Of a DNA stretch of 64,000 nucleotides, positions 27,331 through 36,658 are shown piece after piece. A program made the translations under genes and the position numbers. Within the stretch, counting starts at the first letter, position 1. Each line of letters begins with the position of its first letter. Source of the stretch: a virus (lineage: Duplodnaviria > Heunggongvirae > Uroviricota > Caudoviricetes); the IMG/VR virus record IMGVR_UViG_2541047850_000005, positions 3,554-67,553 of that record. The stretch is one strand, 5' to 3'. The notes below the pieces were generated by a model. It made no database searches and was not told the origin of the DNA. It worked only from the letters and a program-made list of their open reading frames with translations.

Positions 27331-28434
27331 TCACACCGCCACTGGAACCTTGATCCACGGTAGAGGGTCATAGCCAAGAATCAGAATATCGTCCCATTTG
27401 AAATCATCCAGCTCAGACCATTCATGAGGGAAAATAACGACCGGATCTGAATGCTCTGGAGCCTGTCGTTTCATTAGCTCACACACACCTTCCATGTGGT
27501 TGTTGTACAAATGCACGTCAAAGCCAAAATGCACAAATGCACCGGCCATGTGACCCGTAATCTTCGCGAGAAAATGAGTGAGAATGCCATAGCCAGCAAT
27601 ATTGAATGGCATACCAACAAAAGTGTCTACGCTACGCTGTACGAGGCAGGAGTTGAGGATGCGTTTGGGGATTCCAAGTTCATCCAGTTCAGTTTCAGTA
27701 ACACTGCCGTCCATCTCCAGATCGTATAGCATCTTGGTGTAGATAGACTCATAACCGAGGCGACTGTGTTGAAGACCAATGTCAGTTGCCATCGTTAAAC
27801 GGGTTTCAAAATCAAGCTCACGACTCCACAAAGAGAAGACAAAGTGGCAAGGTGGCAGTTTCATATCCTCAAGCTCGCCTACGTTCCATGCGTTAAGCAT
27901 GATGCGACGATCGGTAGGGTTCGTGCGCAGTGTGTCGACAATACGCTGTAGCTGATCGATTTCACGGGACAGCACTACGCGATCTTCACTGATACCCAGG
28001 TATCCCTCGACTTTGTACCCGCGTTCACGGAAAGTAGCGATCTTGCTCAGATATTCACTATGGCTCACGATGCGGGTATCTTCCCATCGACGCCACTGCT
28101 TACCGTAAACCGGCCCCAAATCGCCATTCTCATCGGCCCATGCATCCCAAATCTTAACGCCGTTATCCTTAAGAAATTGGATGTTGCCCGTGCCTTTCAG
28201 ATACCACTCAAGTTCGACAAGCAGTGGTTTAAGATTTACCGCCTTTCCAGAAATAAGCGGCACAGTCCCACCAGTAAGCATGTAGTAAGAGGGAACGTAG
28301 CAGGTGCTTAAAGTACCAGTGCCTGTGCGATCATCAGTCTGCACGCCGCTTTTAAGCACCGTCTCAATAACTTTTGCATACGATGCGTTTGTTACCTGAC
28401 CGTTCGTATGCTCACGATTCAAAAGGAGTGACAT
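27331..28434 (-). CDS. thyA: thymidylate synthase (ThyA family, with insertions)
   Basis: DRTGTGT, PPCH and VDTFVGMPFNIAGY (specificity Asn retained). Confidence 0.85.
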   Translation of the reverse strand: MSLLLNREHTNGQVTNASYAKVIETVLKSGVQTDDRTGTGTLSTCYVPSYYMLTGGTVPLISGKAVNLKPLLVELEWYLKGTGNIQFLKDNGVKIWDAWADENGDLGPVYGKQWRRWEDTRIVSHSEYLSKIATFRERGYKVEGYLGISEDRVVLSREIDQLQRIVDTLRTNPTDRRIMLNAWNVGELEDMKLPPCHFVFSLWSRELDFETRLTMATDIGLQHSRLGYESIYTKMLYDLEMDGSVTETELDELGIPKRILNSCLVQRSVDTFVGMPFNIAGYGILTHFLAKITGHMAGAFVHFGFDVHLYNNHMEGVCELMKRQAPEHSDPVVIFPHEWSELDDFKWDDILILGYDPLPWIKVPVAV

Positions 28435-28510
28435 AAAACCTCACGAAGATAAGTAATCAATTATTTATCACGTGAGTTTACATTCATTGATAACACAAGA
28501 CCAGATAGAT

Positions 28511-28540
28511 AAAAAATGGTGGCCATAGGCCACCAAAAAG
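28511..28540. terminator. bidirectional-looking terminator
   Basis: AAAAAA-TGGTGGCCATAGGCCACCA-AAAAAG. Confidence 0.65.
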
Positions 28541-28601
28541 AATAGTCGCTCCAGAGTTTTATACGCAAATCAAATATACATTAGTAGATAATCACCTACA
28601 A

Positions 28602-29471
28602 TTATTTTTTGATCATTCCGTACATTGCTGAGGCTTTAGCTTGCTCAACAAAGGAGGATAAATCGACATCACTATAGGTTGGAGACTTCAGAATCTTTCC
28701 ATCGGAAATTCGAAAACCGATCATCTTATCGGTGCCATCAGCATGGCGGAATCCCAGATCTGAAGAGTCGTATTTGCAGTTGGCCACAGCCTGGCGACGT
28801 TCCTCGACATCAGCAGGCCATAATTTTGTCATGTTAGACCGATGAATTTCGCCAACCAGCTCGACTACATTGATACCGAGGAAATCAGCCAGTCGATAGG
28901 TCATCATGCACGCCACATAGATTTTGTTCATGACACGGCGCAGTTCCTGAATCAGCTCAGAATCCTTAACAGTCTTGTTCTCAAGTTTATCTGCCAGCTC
29001 TTCGAGCATACATGACGCCTCACGAGCTTCCTGAAATGGCATTGCCATATCATCGAAAACAGTGTTACCGGGCACAAAAATTGTCTGCATAAAGCGATCA
29101 ATGCTCTGTTCCTGCGTGTAATAGGTCATGCCGGTAGAAATACCACCTTTGATGGCGACCATCGTACCAACACCAACGTATAAAAAGTCGGCCATTGCAT
29201 CCAGCAGTTGCTCAATATCCCCATTCATTGCAGCTGGAATACCTTCCACTACAGCTTCTTCATGAATCAGGCTTGCACGGAGACGAAGCAGCTCTGGTGT
29301 CGGCATAACGCGTCTCGGATGCTGGAAGAGTTCATGAAACTGATCGACCATCTTGTAAATACTTTCAGTAGCTACACCATGACCTTCATGCAACTCATAT
29401 GGTTCTGGCTTAAATCCAATGAGACGATCGGTGGCAAGTTTCAGGTGGTCAGTCAGTTTGGTAAAGTTCAT
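28602..29471 (-). CDS. MazG-like all-alpha NTP pyrophosphohydrolase candidate
   Basis: LIHEEAVVEG.. and LLDAMADFLYVGVG, resembling the EExxE/DxxD motifs. ATG 29471. Confidence 0.5.
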   Translation of the reverse strand: MNFTKLTDHLKLATDRLIGFKPEPYELHEGHGVATESIYKMVDQFHELFQHPRRVMPTPELLRLRASLIHEEAVVEGIPAAMNGDIEQLLDAMADFLYVGVGTMVAIKGGISTGMTYYTQEQSIDRFMQTIFVPGNTVFDDMAMPFQEAREASCMLEELADKLENKTVKDSELIQELRRVMNKIYVACMMTYRLADFLGINVVELVGEIHRSNMTKLWPADVEERRQAVANCKYDSSDLGFRHADGTDKMIGFRISDGKILKSPTYSDVDLSSFVEQAKASAMYGMIKK

Positions 29472-29548
29472 GCTAGTTTTGTTCCTTCTTAATTCTTGTG
29501 ATCCATTGTGGCCCAGCGTTGCCAGGCCACATAATGCTTTGTATCGGT

Positions 29549-30691
29549 TTACAGGTCTGCAAACTGGCTTAGAGAAGCCTTGTCCACGGTAGAATCGATC
29601 TGACCTACCAGATATGTGCTTTGCTCTGCCTCTTGTGGTGCAATTTGCAGTGTGTCGGTTAACAACCACTTGTTCATCCAGACCAGCGGATCGGTGGTAA
29701 CCTCTGGAAATAAAGCCTTCAGGCCAAGACGATTCATAGCCAGATTGGTGCGGTATTTTACATAGGTCTTCAAAATATCCGCGTTTAAACCAATCATCGA
29801 ACCGTCTTTGAAGAGATACTCGGCCCAGTTCATTTCTTGTTCGGCGACTGATTTCATGGTGTCGTAAATGACGTTTTCTTCATCAGCAGCAATCTCTTTC
29901 CACAATAAACCTTCGCGACCGGTACGCATGAAGCGGATCATGCGTTCAGTTCCTTCGCAATGCAGAGCTTCATCACGGGCAATAAAGCGCATAATTTTGG
30001 TGTTACCCTCAAGCAACTTCCGTTCGCCAAAGGCAAACGTACATGCAAAACTTACATAGAAACGGATCGCCTCAAGCGCATTAATGGACACCAACGTGCG
30101 GAAAAGCTGACGGTGCAAAGGGTATGGCTCCCAGCCATATTCATTTACGTACAGACGTTCAAACTCCTTCTCACCTAACGACTGGCGCTCGCAGGTCATC
30201 CCATAAAGCCTGTCATATTCAGCAGAGATACTGATCGCTCGGTTGATGATTTCTTCATCCGTAACAATACCGTCAAAAACAATGCTCGGATCGTCCACCA
30301 TGCCACGAATAATGTGGGTGTAGCTGCGGCTATGGATAGTCTCAGAGAAAGACCATGTTTCAACCCACGTTTCCAGTTCAGGAATAGAGATAAGCGGCAG
30401 CAGCGTTGCATTTGGGCTACGTCCCTGAACTGAATCGAGTAACGTTTGATAACGGAGATTGCTCAGAAAAATGTGACGTTCGTGGTCCCGCAGCTTCGTG
30501 TTGAAGTCGATACGATCGCTCGAAATATCAACTTCTTCCGGCCGCCAGAAGAAAGACAATTGACGTTCAATCAACTTTTCAAAATCACGGTATTTTTGCT
30601 GATCGTAACGTGCCACGTTGACAGATTGTCCGAGGAACATAGGCTCTTTGGTTGCATCATTAGCACCCAAACGGAACGTTGAATATGACAT
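29549..30691 (-). CDS. nrdB: ribonucleotide reductase class Ia beta subunit
   Basis: 380 aa from MSYSTFRLG. Ferritin-like RNR2 motifs (..EALHCEG..). Leader AGGAAAAACACATG. Confidence 0.92.
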   Translation of the reverse strand: MSYSTFRLGANDATKEPMFLGQSVNVARYDQQKYRDFEKLIERQLSFFWRPEEVDISSDRIDFNTKLRDHERHIFLSNLRYQTLLDSVQGRSPNATLLPLISIPELETWVETWSFSETIHSRSYTHIIRGMVDDPSIVFDGIVTDEEIINRAISISAEYDRLYGMTCERQSLGEKEFERLYVNEYGWEPYPLHRQLFRTLVSINALEAIRFYVSFACTFAFGERKLLEGNTKIMRFIARDEALHCEGTERMIRFMRTGREGLLWKEIAADEENVIYDTMKSVAEQEMNWAEYLFKDGSMIGLNADILKTYVKYRTNLAMNRLGLKALFPEVTTDPLVWMNKWLLTDTLQIAPQEAEQSTYLVGQIDSTVDKASLSQFADL

Positions 30692-30760
30692 GTGTTTTTC
30701 CTTTTGCTTTTTGATGTGTTTAAACAAGTTGTTATCCTATTTGTTTAAACAAGGCTTACA

Positions 30761-30791
30761 AATCAAAGAGAAGGTGGGGATACACCCCACC
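30761..30791 (-). terminator. terminator between nrdA and nrdB
   Basis: GGTGGGGTGTATCCCCACC followed by TTCTCTTTGATT on the minus strand. Confidence 0.6.
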
Positions 30792-30796
30792 ATATG

Positions 30797-33112
30797 TCAG
30801 ATTTTGCAGGCTCCGTCGCACTCATCTTCTGGCTCGACGGCTACAGCTTGCGTCAGTGGATTCTGCGGTTCGTCGTCATCACGCTTTCCTGCCCCATCTC
30901 TGGTGTTGTGGTAGTAAAGCGTTTTAACTCCCATCTTGTAGGCGAGAAGCAAATCTGACAGTAGCGTCATCATTGGGACTTTATCGTCTTCAAAGCGAGA
31001 AGGGTCATAGTTGGTATTGGCCGAAATAGCCTGGTCAAAGAACTTCTGGATGATCGCCACCTTTGTCAGATAGCCGCGGTTGTCCGGCATATCCCACAGG
31101 TATTCATACTGTTCCTTCAGTTTTTCAAACTCAGGCACGACCATCTTAACGATGCCGTCCTTAGAAGATTTCACCGACACCGGTCCACGAGGCGGTTCGA
31201 TGCCGTTTGTGGAATTAGTGATCTGGCTGGAAGTCTCGCATGGCATTTGTGCCGTCAGTGTGGAGTTGCGAAGACCGTATTTTGCAATACGTTCACGCAG
31301 TTCTTCCCACGGCATCTTTAACTCAAAGTTGGTTTCGCCACTTTCGTCTAATGAAGAACGATAGTGGTCGATCGGCAACTGACCAATTGCGTACTTGGTC
31401 TGCTCAAACCAGTCACACTCACCTTTTGCTTCAGCAAGTCGGCAGCTGGCATCAAGAAGGTAATACTGGATAGCTTCGAACGTTTCATGCACCAGTTTAT
31501 TGCCAGCGGTATCAGAATAACGAACGCCATTCTTTGCCAGGTAATAAGCAAAGTTGGTTACACCGATTCCCAGGCTACGACGAGCTTTGGCAGGCACTTC
31601 AGCTGCCTCCATCGGATAGTCTTGATAATCCAGTAACGAATCCAGTGCAGCAACGGCATAGAACGCCACCTCTTTAAGAGACTCCAGTGAACGGATGGCT
31701 CCGAGGTTAAAAGCGGATAAAGTGCAAAGCGCGATCTCACCGTTCGGGTCGTCGGTAAATGCCAGTGGACGAGTGGGTAGAGTGATCTCCATGCACAGGT
31801 TTGACTGGCGAACAGGTGCAAGAGCAGGAATGAAAGCGCCATGCTCATTAATATGATCGACGTTCGCAATATAAATTCGGCCAGTGGACGCTCGTTCCTG
31901 CATCAGAGATGAAAACAGCTCAATGGCAGGCACTGACTTCTTGCGAATTGAATCATCGGCTTCGTATTTATGGTACAGCTTTTCAAACAGATCTTGGTCT
32001 GTGAAAAAGGCTTCGTACATATCAGGCACATCATGCGGGCTGAACAGAGTGATGTTCTCGCTTCTGACGAGTCGACGGTACATCAGACGGTTACTCATGA
32101 CGCCGTAATCAAGATGGCGAACGCGGTTTTCATCGATACCACGGTTATTTTTCACCACCAGCAGACTTTCAACTTCAAGATGCCAGATCGGGTAAAACGC
32201 TGTTGCTGCGCCACCACGAACACCACCTTGCGAGCAAGATTTAACAGCAGTCTGGAAATGCTTCAGGAATGGAATAACTCCGGTATGGGTGGCTTCACCA
32301 TTGCGGATCTCACTGCCCAGCGCACGGATACGGCCAAAACCAATACCAATTCCAGCACGACGTGAAACGTAGTCGATAATTGCGGCTGAAGCTGCACTAA
32401 TACCTTTCAGACTATCGCCAGACTCAATCAGCACACAACTGGAGAACTGACGGGTTGGAGTACGGACGCCGACCATGATTGGTGTGGGCAGAGACAGTTT
32501 GAACGTACTTGTAACGTCATAGAAACCTTTGACCATCTCCATACGTGTTTTGCCAGCGCAGTCGTCTTCCCAATTCTGGAACAGACACATGCCCACCAGC
32601 ATATAGATATGTTGCGGCCCCTCATGAATCTCACCAGTAACACGGTTTTGAACGAGGTATTTGCTTTGCAACTGCGCCGTAGCTGCATAGCCAAAAAGAT
32701 CGTCACGTTTCGGCTTAATGTAATTGCCGAGTTCTTCGATCTCTTCAAACGAATAATGTGTCAGCAAATCCTTGTCATAAACGCCCTTGTTAACGTTCTT
32801 GACAATGTGTTGGTAGAAGTTCGGATAGTCGTAACGACCGAAGGCATCTTTGCGGATTTTAAAAATGTTCAGGCGGGCAGCCACCTGCGAGTAATTTGGT
32901 GCATCTGGTGAGATCAAATCAGCGGCAGATTTAACCAAAGCCTCATGCAACTGGCTGGTGGTAATCCCATCAAAAATGCTGGCCGCAGCTCCCATTGCTA
33001 CAGCGGATGCGCTTACACCACGAATGCCTTCTACGCCATACATTACGACGCGGTTGTATTTTTCTTCGGATAACGGCTCTGTTTGGCCGTTACGTTTTAC
33101 GATGCTTATCAT
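30797..33112 (-). CDS. nrdA: ribonucleotide reductase class Ia alpha subunit
   Basis: 771 aa. ATP-cone start (VKRNGQTEPL), SNLCMEI active site and a C-terminal CDGACKI. Confidence 0.95.
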   Translation of the reverse strand: MISIVKRNGQTEPLSEEKYNRVVMYGVEGIRGVSASAVAMGAAASIFDGITTSQLHEALVKSAADLISPDAPNYSQVAARLNIFKIRKDAFGRYDYPNFYQHIVKNVNKGVYDKDLLTHYSFEEIEELGNYIKPKRDDLFGYAATAQLQSKYLVQNRVTGEIHEGPQHIYMLVGMCLFQNWEDDCAGKTRMEMVKGFYDVTSTFKLSLPTPIMVGVRTPTRQFSSCVLIESGDSLKGISAASAAIIDYVSRRAGIGIGFGRIRALGSEIRNGEATHTGVIPFLKHFQTAVKSCSQGGVRGGAATAFYPIWHLEVESLLVVKNNRGIDENRVRHLDYGVMSNRLMYRRLVRSENITLFSPHDVPDMYEAFFTDQDLFEKLYHKYEADDSIRKKSVPAIELFSSLMQERASTGRIYIANVDHINEHGAFIPALAPVRQSNLCMEITLPTRPLAFTDDPNGEIALCTLSAFNLGAIRSLESLKEVAFYAVAALDSLLDYQDYPMEAAEVPAKARRSLGIGVTNFAYYLAKNGVRYSDTAGNKLVHETFEAIQYYLLDASCRLAEAKGECDWFEQTKYAIGQLPIDHYRSSLDESGETNFELKMPWEELRERIAKYGLRNSTLTAQMPCETSSQITNSTNGIEPPRGPVSVKSSKDGIVKMVVPEFEKLKEQYEYLWDMPDNRGYLTKVAIIQKFFDQAISANTNYDPSRFEDDKVPMMTLLSDLLLAYKMGVKTLYYHNTRDGAGKRDDDEPQNPLTQAVAVEPEDECDGACKI

Positions 33113-33120
33113 GTATCACC

Positions 33121-33151
33121 AAATAAAGAGGGCCACTAAATATAGTGGCCC
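33121..33151 (-). terminator. terminator-like hairpin in the nrdA leader
   Basis: GGGCCACTATATTTAGTGGCCC followed by TCTTTATTT, between motif-2 site 33158-33177 and the nrdA ATG. Confidence 0.5.
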
Positions 33152-33185
33152 ATGTTAATAGATAAGCACCTACCTATCAATGAAA

Positions 33186-33755
33186 TCAAATGAGAGACTT
33201 AAGAACATCGCGCACCTGGCGGAACTGATCTGTTTGCATACCGGTATGGATGGCAGCCACCGCATCAGCCAAATGTTCGTTTTTGTTCACGAGAACATCC
33301 TGTCCAGATTGCTTACGACGCAGCCACGGTGCTTTAGGGTGTTTTTTCGTAGCCCACTGGATAATCTCTTCTTTCGATGTAGTAAGTTTATTGCCGACAA
33401 AATGCTTGATTTCGTTTGGAGTAACCTGGATCAATGGCTTATCCACACACGCAAGTACACCGATACAAATACCGTAAGACGTCTGCGAACGAGAGTTTTG
33501 GCTCCCAACCGGTAGCTCACAAAAAACCATATTTGCCTTATCAATGATTGGCTTCGCAACACGCCATATTTCACTGGCTCGGCGCAGATCGTCACTGTTC
33601 ACACGAACGGTCTTTTTGTTACTCCCCGCTTTAGTCTCAACAAGAGTAAGGCCGTGAATCTCAAGTTCGTCCGTCTCAAGGTCTAAAGTGCCCACAGCAA
33701 GCCCAAAGTTGCTCATTGAGGGATCAACACCAACTACGCTGATTTTTTTACTCAT
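33186..33755 (-). CDS. RuvC-like Holliday junction resolvase
   Basis: VVGVDPS.., ..FCELP.. and HLADAVAAIHTG match the RuvC-fold catalytic positions. Confidence 0.7.
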   Translation of the reverse strand: MSKKISVVGVDPSMSNFGLAVGTLDLETDELEIHGLTLVETKAGSNKKTVRVNSDDLRRASEIWRVAKPIIDKANMVFCELPVGSQNSRSQTSYGICIGVLACVDKPLIQVTPNEIKHFVGNKLTTSKEEIIQWATKKHPKAPWLRRKQSGQDVLVNKNEHLADAVAAIHTGMQTDQFRQVRDVLKSLI

Positions 33756-33764
33756 ATAGTCTCC

Positions 33765-34523
33765 TTACCATGTTCCCCATATAGGGTTTTCCAATAATCT
33801 CGCCTCCAACGAATTGGCTACTATTGCCGTTTGCAACGTTGGTTGGGGATAGTTTGCAAAGTCTGAATACTCATTTTCCTGCGTGACACGTTTATCTGCG
33901 GCATGTTTATCTGCGGCATGTTTTACACCACTTGCTATGAAATGACGCATGATGCCCAACAGCCTCCGACTGTCTGCACTATCGTTTGCTAAAACATGAG
34001 GGAGCTGAAGTTCGATTTCTACCATTTCTCCATACTTACCAACAAACTGTAGTTTGTCCGCACTGTACTTTTTATCCCTCCTTTGGATAAGGAAACCAAT
34101 AAAAGCATCACCTGGCGATGCCAAACTATCCACCCGCTTATTGGCAAGTCGAATAAGGTTCGTGAAAGCCATACAGTGATGCGCACCCATTCCCCCAAAG
34201 AACCCTTCGCTATTAATGTTAAGATCTTCAGTTTCATGGGATGCAATAAACCCAGGCCCGACGTTGGGAAGATATCCCCCCTCAACAAAAGGATTAATCA
34301 GGATCGGCGCAATACATCCAGGTGGTAGTGATTTCAAACTTTGCATCAATGGCGTCTCGGATATTAGACCAAGCAACGCGGCGAATTGTACTCCGTCAAT
34401 ATTGTTGCTGCCCCACAGAATACGTGGAGCCGCACCATTGGAAGTATGCCCATTGATCAGTTTTATCGACTGCATCACTGCAAATACCTGCAAAAACTGC
34501 GAGCGGCTTAATTTAAACGACAT
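33765..34523 (-). CDS. hypothetical protein (252 aa)
   Basis: Long ORF. Contains a 15-bp perfect tandem duplication (KHAADKHAADK). Confidence 0.6.
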   Translation of the reverse strand: MSFKLSRSQFLQVFAVMQSIKLINGHTSNGAAPRILWGSNNIDGVQFAALLGLISETPLMQSLKSLPPGCIAPILINPFVEGGYLPNVGPGFIASHETEDLNINSEGFFGGMGAHHCMAFTNLIRLANKRVDSLASPGDAFIGFLIQRRDKKYSADKLQFVGKYGEMVEIELQLPHVLANDSADSRRLLGIMRHFIASGVKHAADKHAADKRVTQENEYSDFANYPQPTLQTAIVANSLEARLLENPIWGTW

Positions 34524-36429
34524 AGCTGCGCCCCTCTTTAACTTCCAGCGTAATAGTTTCCCGGAACCATGACTTCATCTCTTTATGGGAGATAATCAGC
34601 ACAGTACCTCGCTCGCGAGCTTTGGACTCCAGAATACCCATGAGGCGTTCAAGACCGGCTGTATCGAGTGCATCGTCAATTTCGTCGCCGATAAACAAAT
34701 CGATGTTTTTACTCGCCCGGTTACTAACCAGATCCTGCAATGCCAAAGAACACGCAATGCGAACCTTCCGCTTCTCACCACCAGAGAGGGTCTGGAACGA
34801 CTTACTTGAACCTTTCTTCTGCACACTAATGTTGAATTTGTCGCGATACTCACCTTTTTTGGTGACATCCATCGTCGACCACTCAGCAGTAATATTCCCG
34901 TCAGACAACGTATTGAGATACTCGGCAGTGCGTGTATTCAGGAAAGGCGTAACAGACGTCAAAATATGAGAACGCACCCCGGCAGGAGAGTAGACCTGAC
35001 GAGCTTTTTCCAATAGCAACGTTTGTTCCTGAATAGCCTTCAACTCATCTTTTAAGGACTTGAAGGTAGACTTACTGGATACCAGGTTATCTTCGTGTCT
35101 GGCGATAAGAGCAATAAACGGATTAATCTCTTTTGATATACGATCGACCTCAGTACGAGCACGAGTCACAAGAGACTCAATAGCAACAACCTCCTTCTCA
35201 CGATGACGCAAAGATGAGAGTTGTTTCGTAAGCTCTTCAATCCGGGCAATGATAGCCGTTACATCAGGTGTCGTTTTAACAAGGGCAGACTCAATGCTTA
35301 ACGCTTTCTCAAGATTCGTTTTGTGTTTAGCCATTGCCTCTGCAAGTGTCTTCGCCTGACCAATTTCCTGACGTGCTTGTTCAATGAAATTCTCCTTCAC
35401 CGTTGATAGATCTTCTTCGCAGTAGGCTTTGCCACAAGTAGGGCATGGTGATCCCACTTTAGTACCAACCTCTTCTGCTTTGGTCTTAAAATTACGCGCG
35501 CGGCTCATTGCATCAGCCTGACTATTTTCTGTAGCTTTGATGCTTGCCCGAATATCAGTTATCGCACCACGAACTTTGAGCAACTTGGCGTCATGTTCTT
35601 CTTTTGAGGCTAACTTTTTGCGCTCACTTTCGATTGCCTTCTCGGTATCACGGATCTGTTCGGGAAGAGTGCGGATCTCAAGTTCAACTTCCGTTAACTC
35701 AACTTCGGCACTGGCCAGCCCAGCCAGGGCATCGTCATAACGTTTAGAACGCTCTTGCTCCCATGATTCAGAGGAGGCTTTCGCTGACTCAATTTCTGAC
35801 TGTGTTGCCTCAATGGTCGAGATTGTCGACTCCAATTTGGTTTTAACCACATCCATACGTGCGGCAGCTGCATTAGCTCGCTCACGAGCAATAGCGTAGG
35901 CGCGTGTCAGTCTGTCAACGCCAGCGGCTTCTTCTACGATGGTTTTGAGGTTTTTGTCGGACATTCCAGGTAAATCTGGCATAGCTTCTTGGCTCGCATA
36001 GATGGAAGCCATGAAAACCTCTTTAGATGCACCGATCAGACGCTCGACGAACTCTTGCGTCAGCGCATCTTTGCCTTTCGTCATATCGCCGTCTTCACCA
36101 CGAACGATAAGCCGATTTTTGAACTCTTTGTGTTTACGGTGACGAATGATCGCATATCTCTTGCCTTCATCCTCGATGGTTACTGCAACACGACAGTTCT
36201 TTTCATGGTCGGTAGACAACACATCGTCACCCTTCACACCATGAGCTGTTTCGCCATAAAGACACCACATCAGGCTATTCATTAGCGTTGACTTTCCAGA
36301 GCCATTACTTGATGCGGAACTATCATCACTATTAACACCCTGAATGAGCACTAAACCACGCTGATCTAACTCGACCTCCGCGCTGGCGATAGCCATAAAA
36401 TTCTCAACCTGGAGCTTTAAAAACTTCAT
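34513..36429 (-). CDS. SbcC/Rad50-like ATPase
   Basis: N-terminal NGSGKST, a CPTCGK zinc hook in the coiled coil, LSGGEKRK signature and DEIDDALD. Confidence 0.85.
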   Translation of the reverse strand: MKFLKLQVENFMAIASAEVELDQRGLVLIQGVNSDDSSASSNGSGKSTLMNSLMWCLYGETAHGVKGDDVLSTDHEKNCRVAVTIEDEGKRYAIIRHRKHKEFKNRLIVRGEDGDMTKGKDALTQEFVERLIGASKEVFMASIYASQEAMPDLPGMSDKNLKTIVEEAAGVDRLTRAYAIARERANAAAARMDVVKTKLESTISTIEATQSEIESAKASSESWEQERSKRYDDALAGLASAEVELTEVELEIRTLPEQIRDTEKAIESERKKLASKEEHDAKLLKVRGAITDIRASIKATENSQADAMSRARNFKTKAEEVGTKVGSPCPTCGKAYCEEDLSTVKENFIEQARQEIGQAKTLAEAMAKHKTNLEKALSIESALVKTTPDVTAIIARIEELTKQLSSLRHREKEVVAIESLVTRARTEVDRISKEINPFIALIARHEDNLVSSKSTFKSLKDELKAIQEQTLLLEKARQVYSPAGVRSHILTSVTPFLNTRTAEYLNTLSDGNITAEWSTMDVTKKGEYRDKFNISVQKKGSSKSFQTLSGGEKRKVRIACSLALQDLVSNRASKNIDLFIGDEIDDALDTAGLERLMGILESKARERGTVLIISHKEMKSWFRETITLEVKEGRSYVV

Positions 36430-36617
36430 ATAACACCTTTGATACCGTGTGTTAGCTTTTGACCTTCTTTCAATCTGAACTCCGTATGCGCCGGGAAGGA
36501 TCTGCGCCTCAATACGCCTTTTCTGGTTAACCTTCCAAGATAAAACGCTACGGGATTTCCTTGTGGCGGGTAGGGCTTGTGAAACATCACCGTCTGGCCT
36601 CGTTCAAGTCTTTTCAT
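36426..36617 (-). CDS. small basic protein (63 aa)
   Basis: MKRLERGQTVMFHK... The stop overlaps the SbcC-like ATG (ATGA). Start uncertain. Confidence 0.4.
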   Translation of the reverse strand: MKRLERGQTVMFHKPYPPQGNPVAFYLGRLTRKGVLRRRSFPAHTEFRLKEGQKLTHGIKGVI

Positions 36618-36658
36618 CGTGATGGCAAAGTCTCGAAAGCTCCCATAACGACTTTGCC

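Noticed and set aside
27331-28434. The ThyA homologue with insertions could be a dUMP or dCMP hydroxymethylase for hypermodified DNA.
   Set aside because: The specificity Asn (PFNIAGY) and PPCH are retained, and DHFR is co-transcribed. This fits a canonical thymidylate synthase, although biochemical confirmation is still needed.
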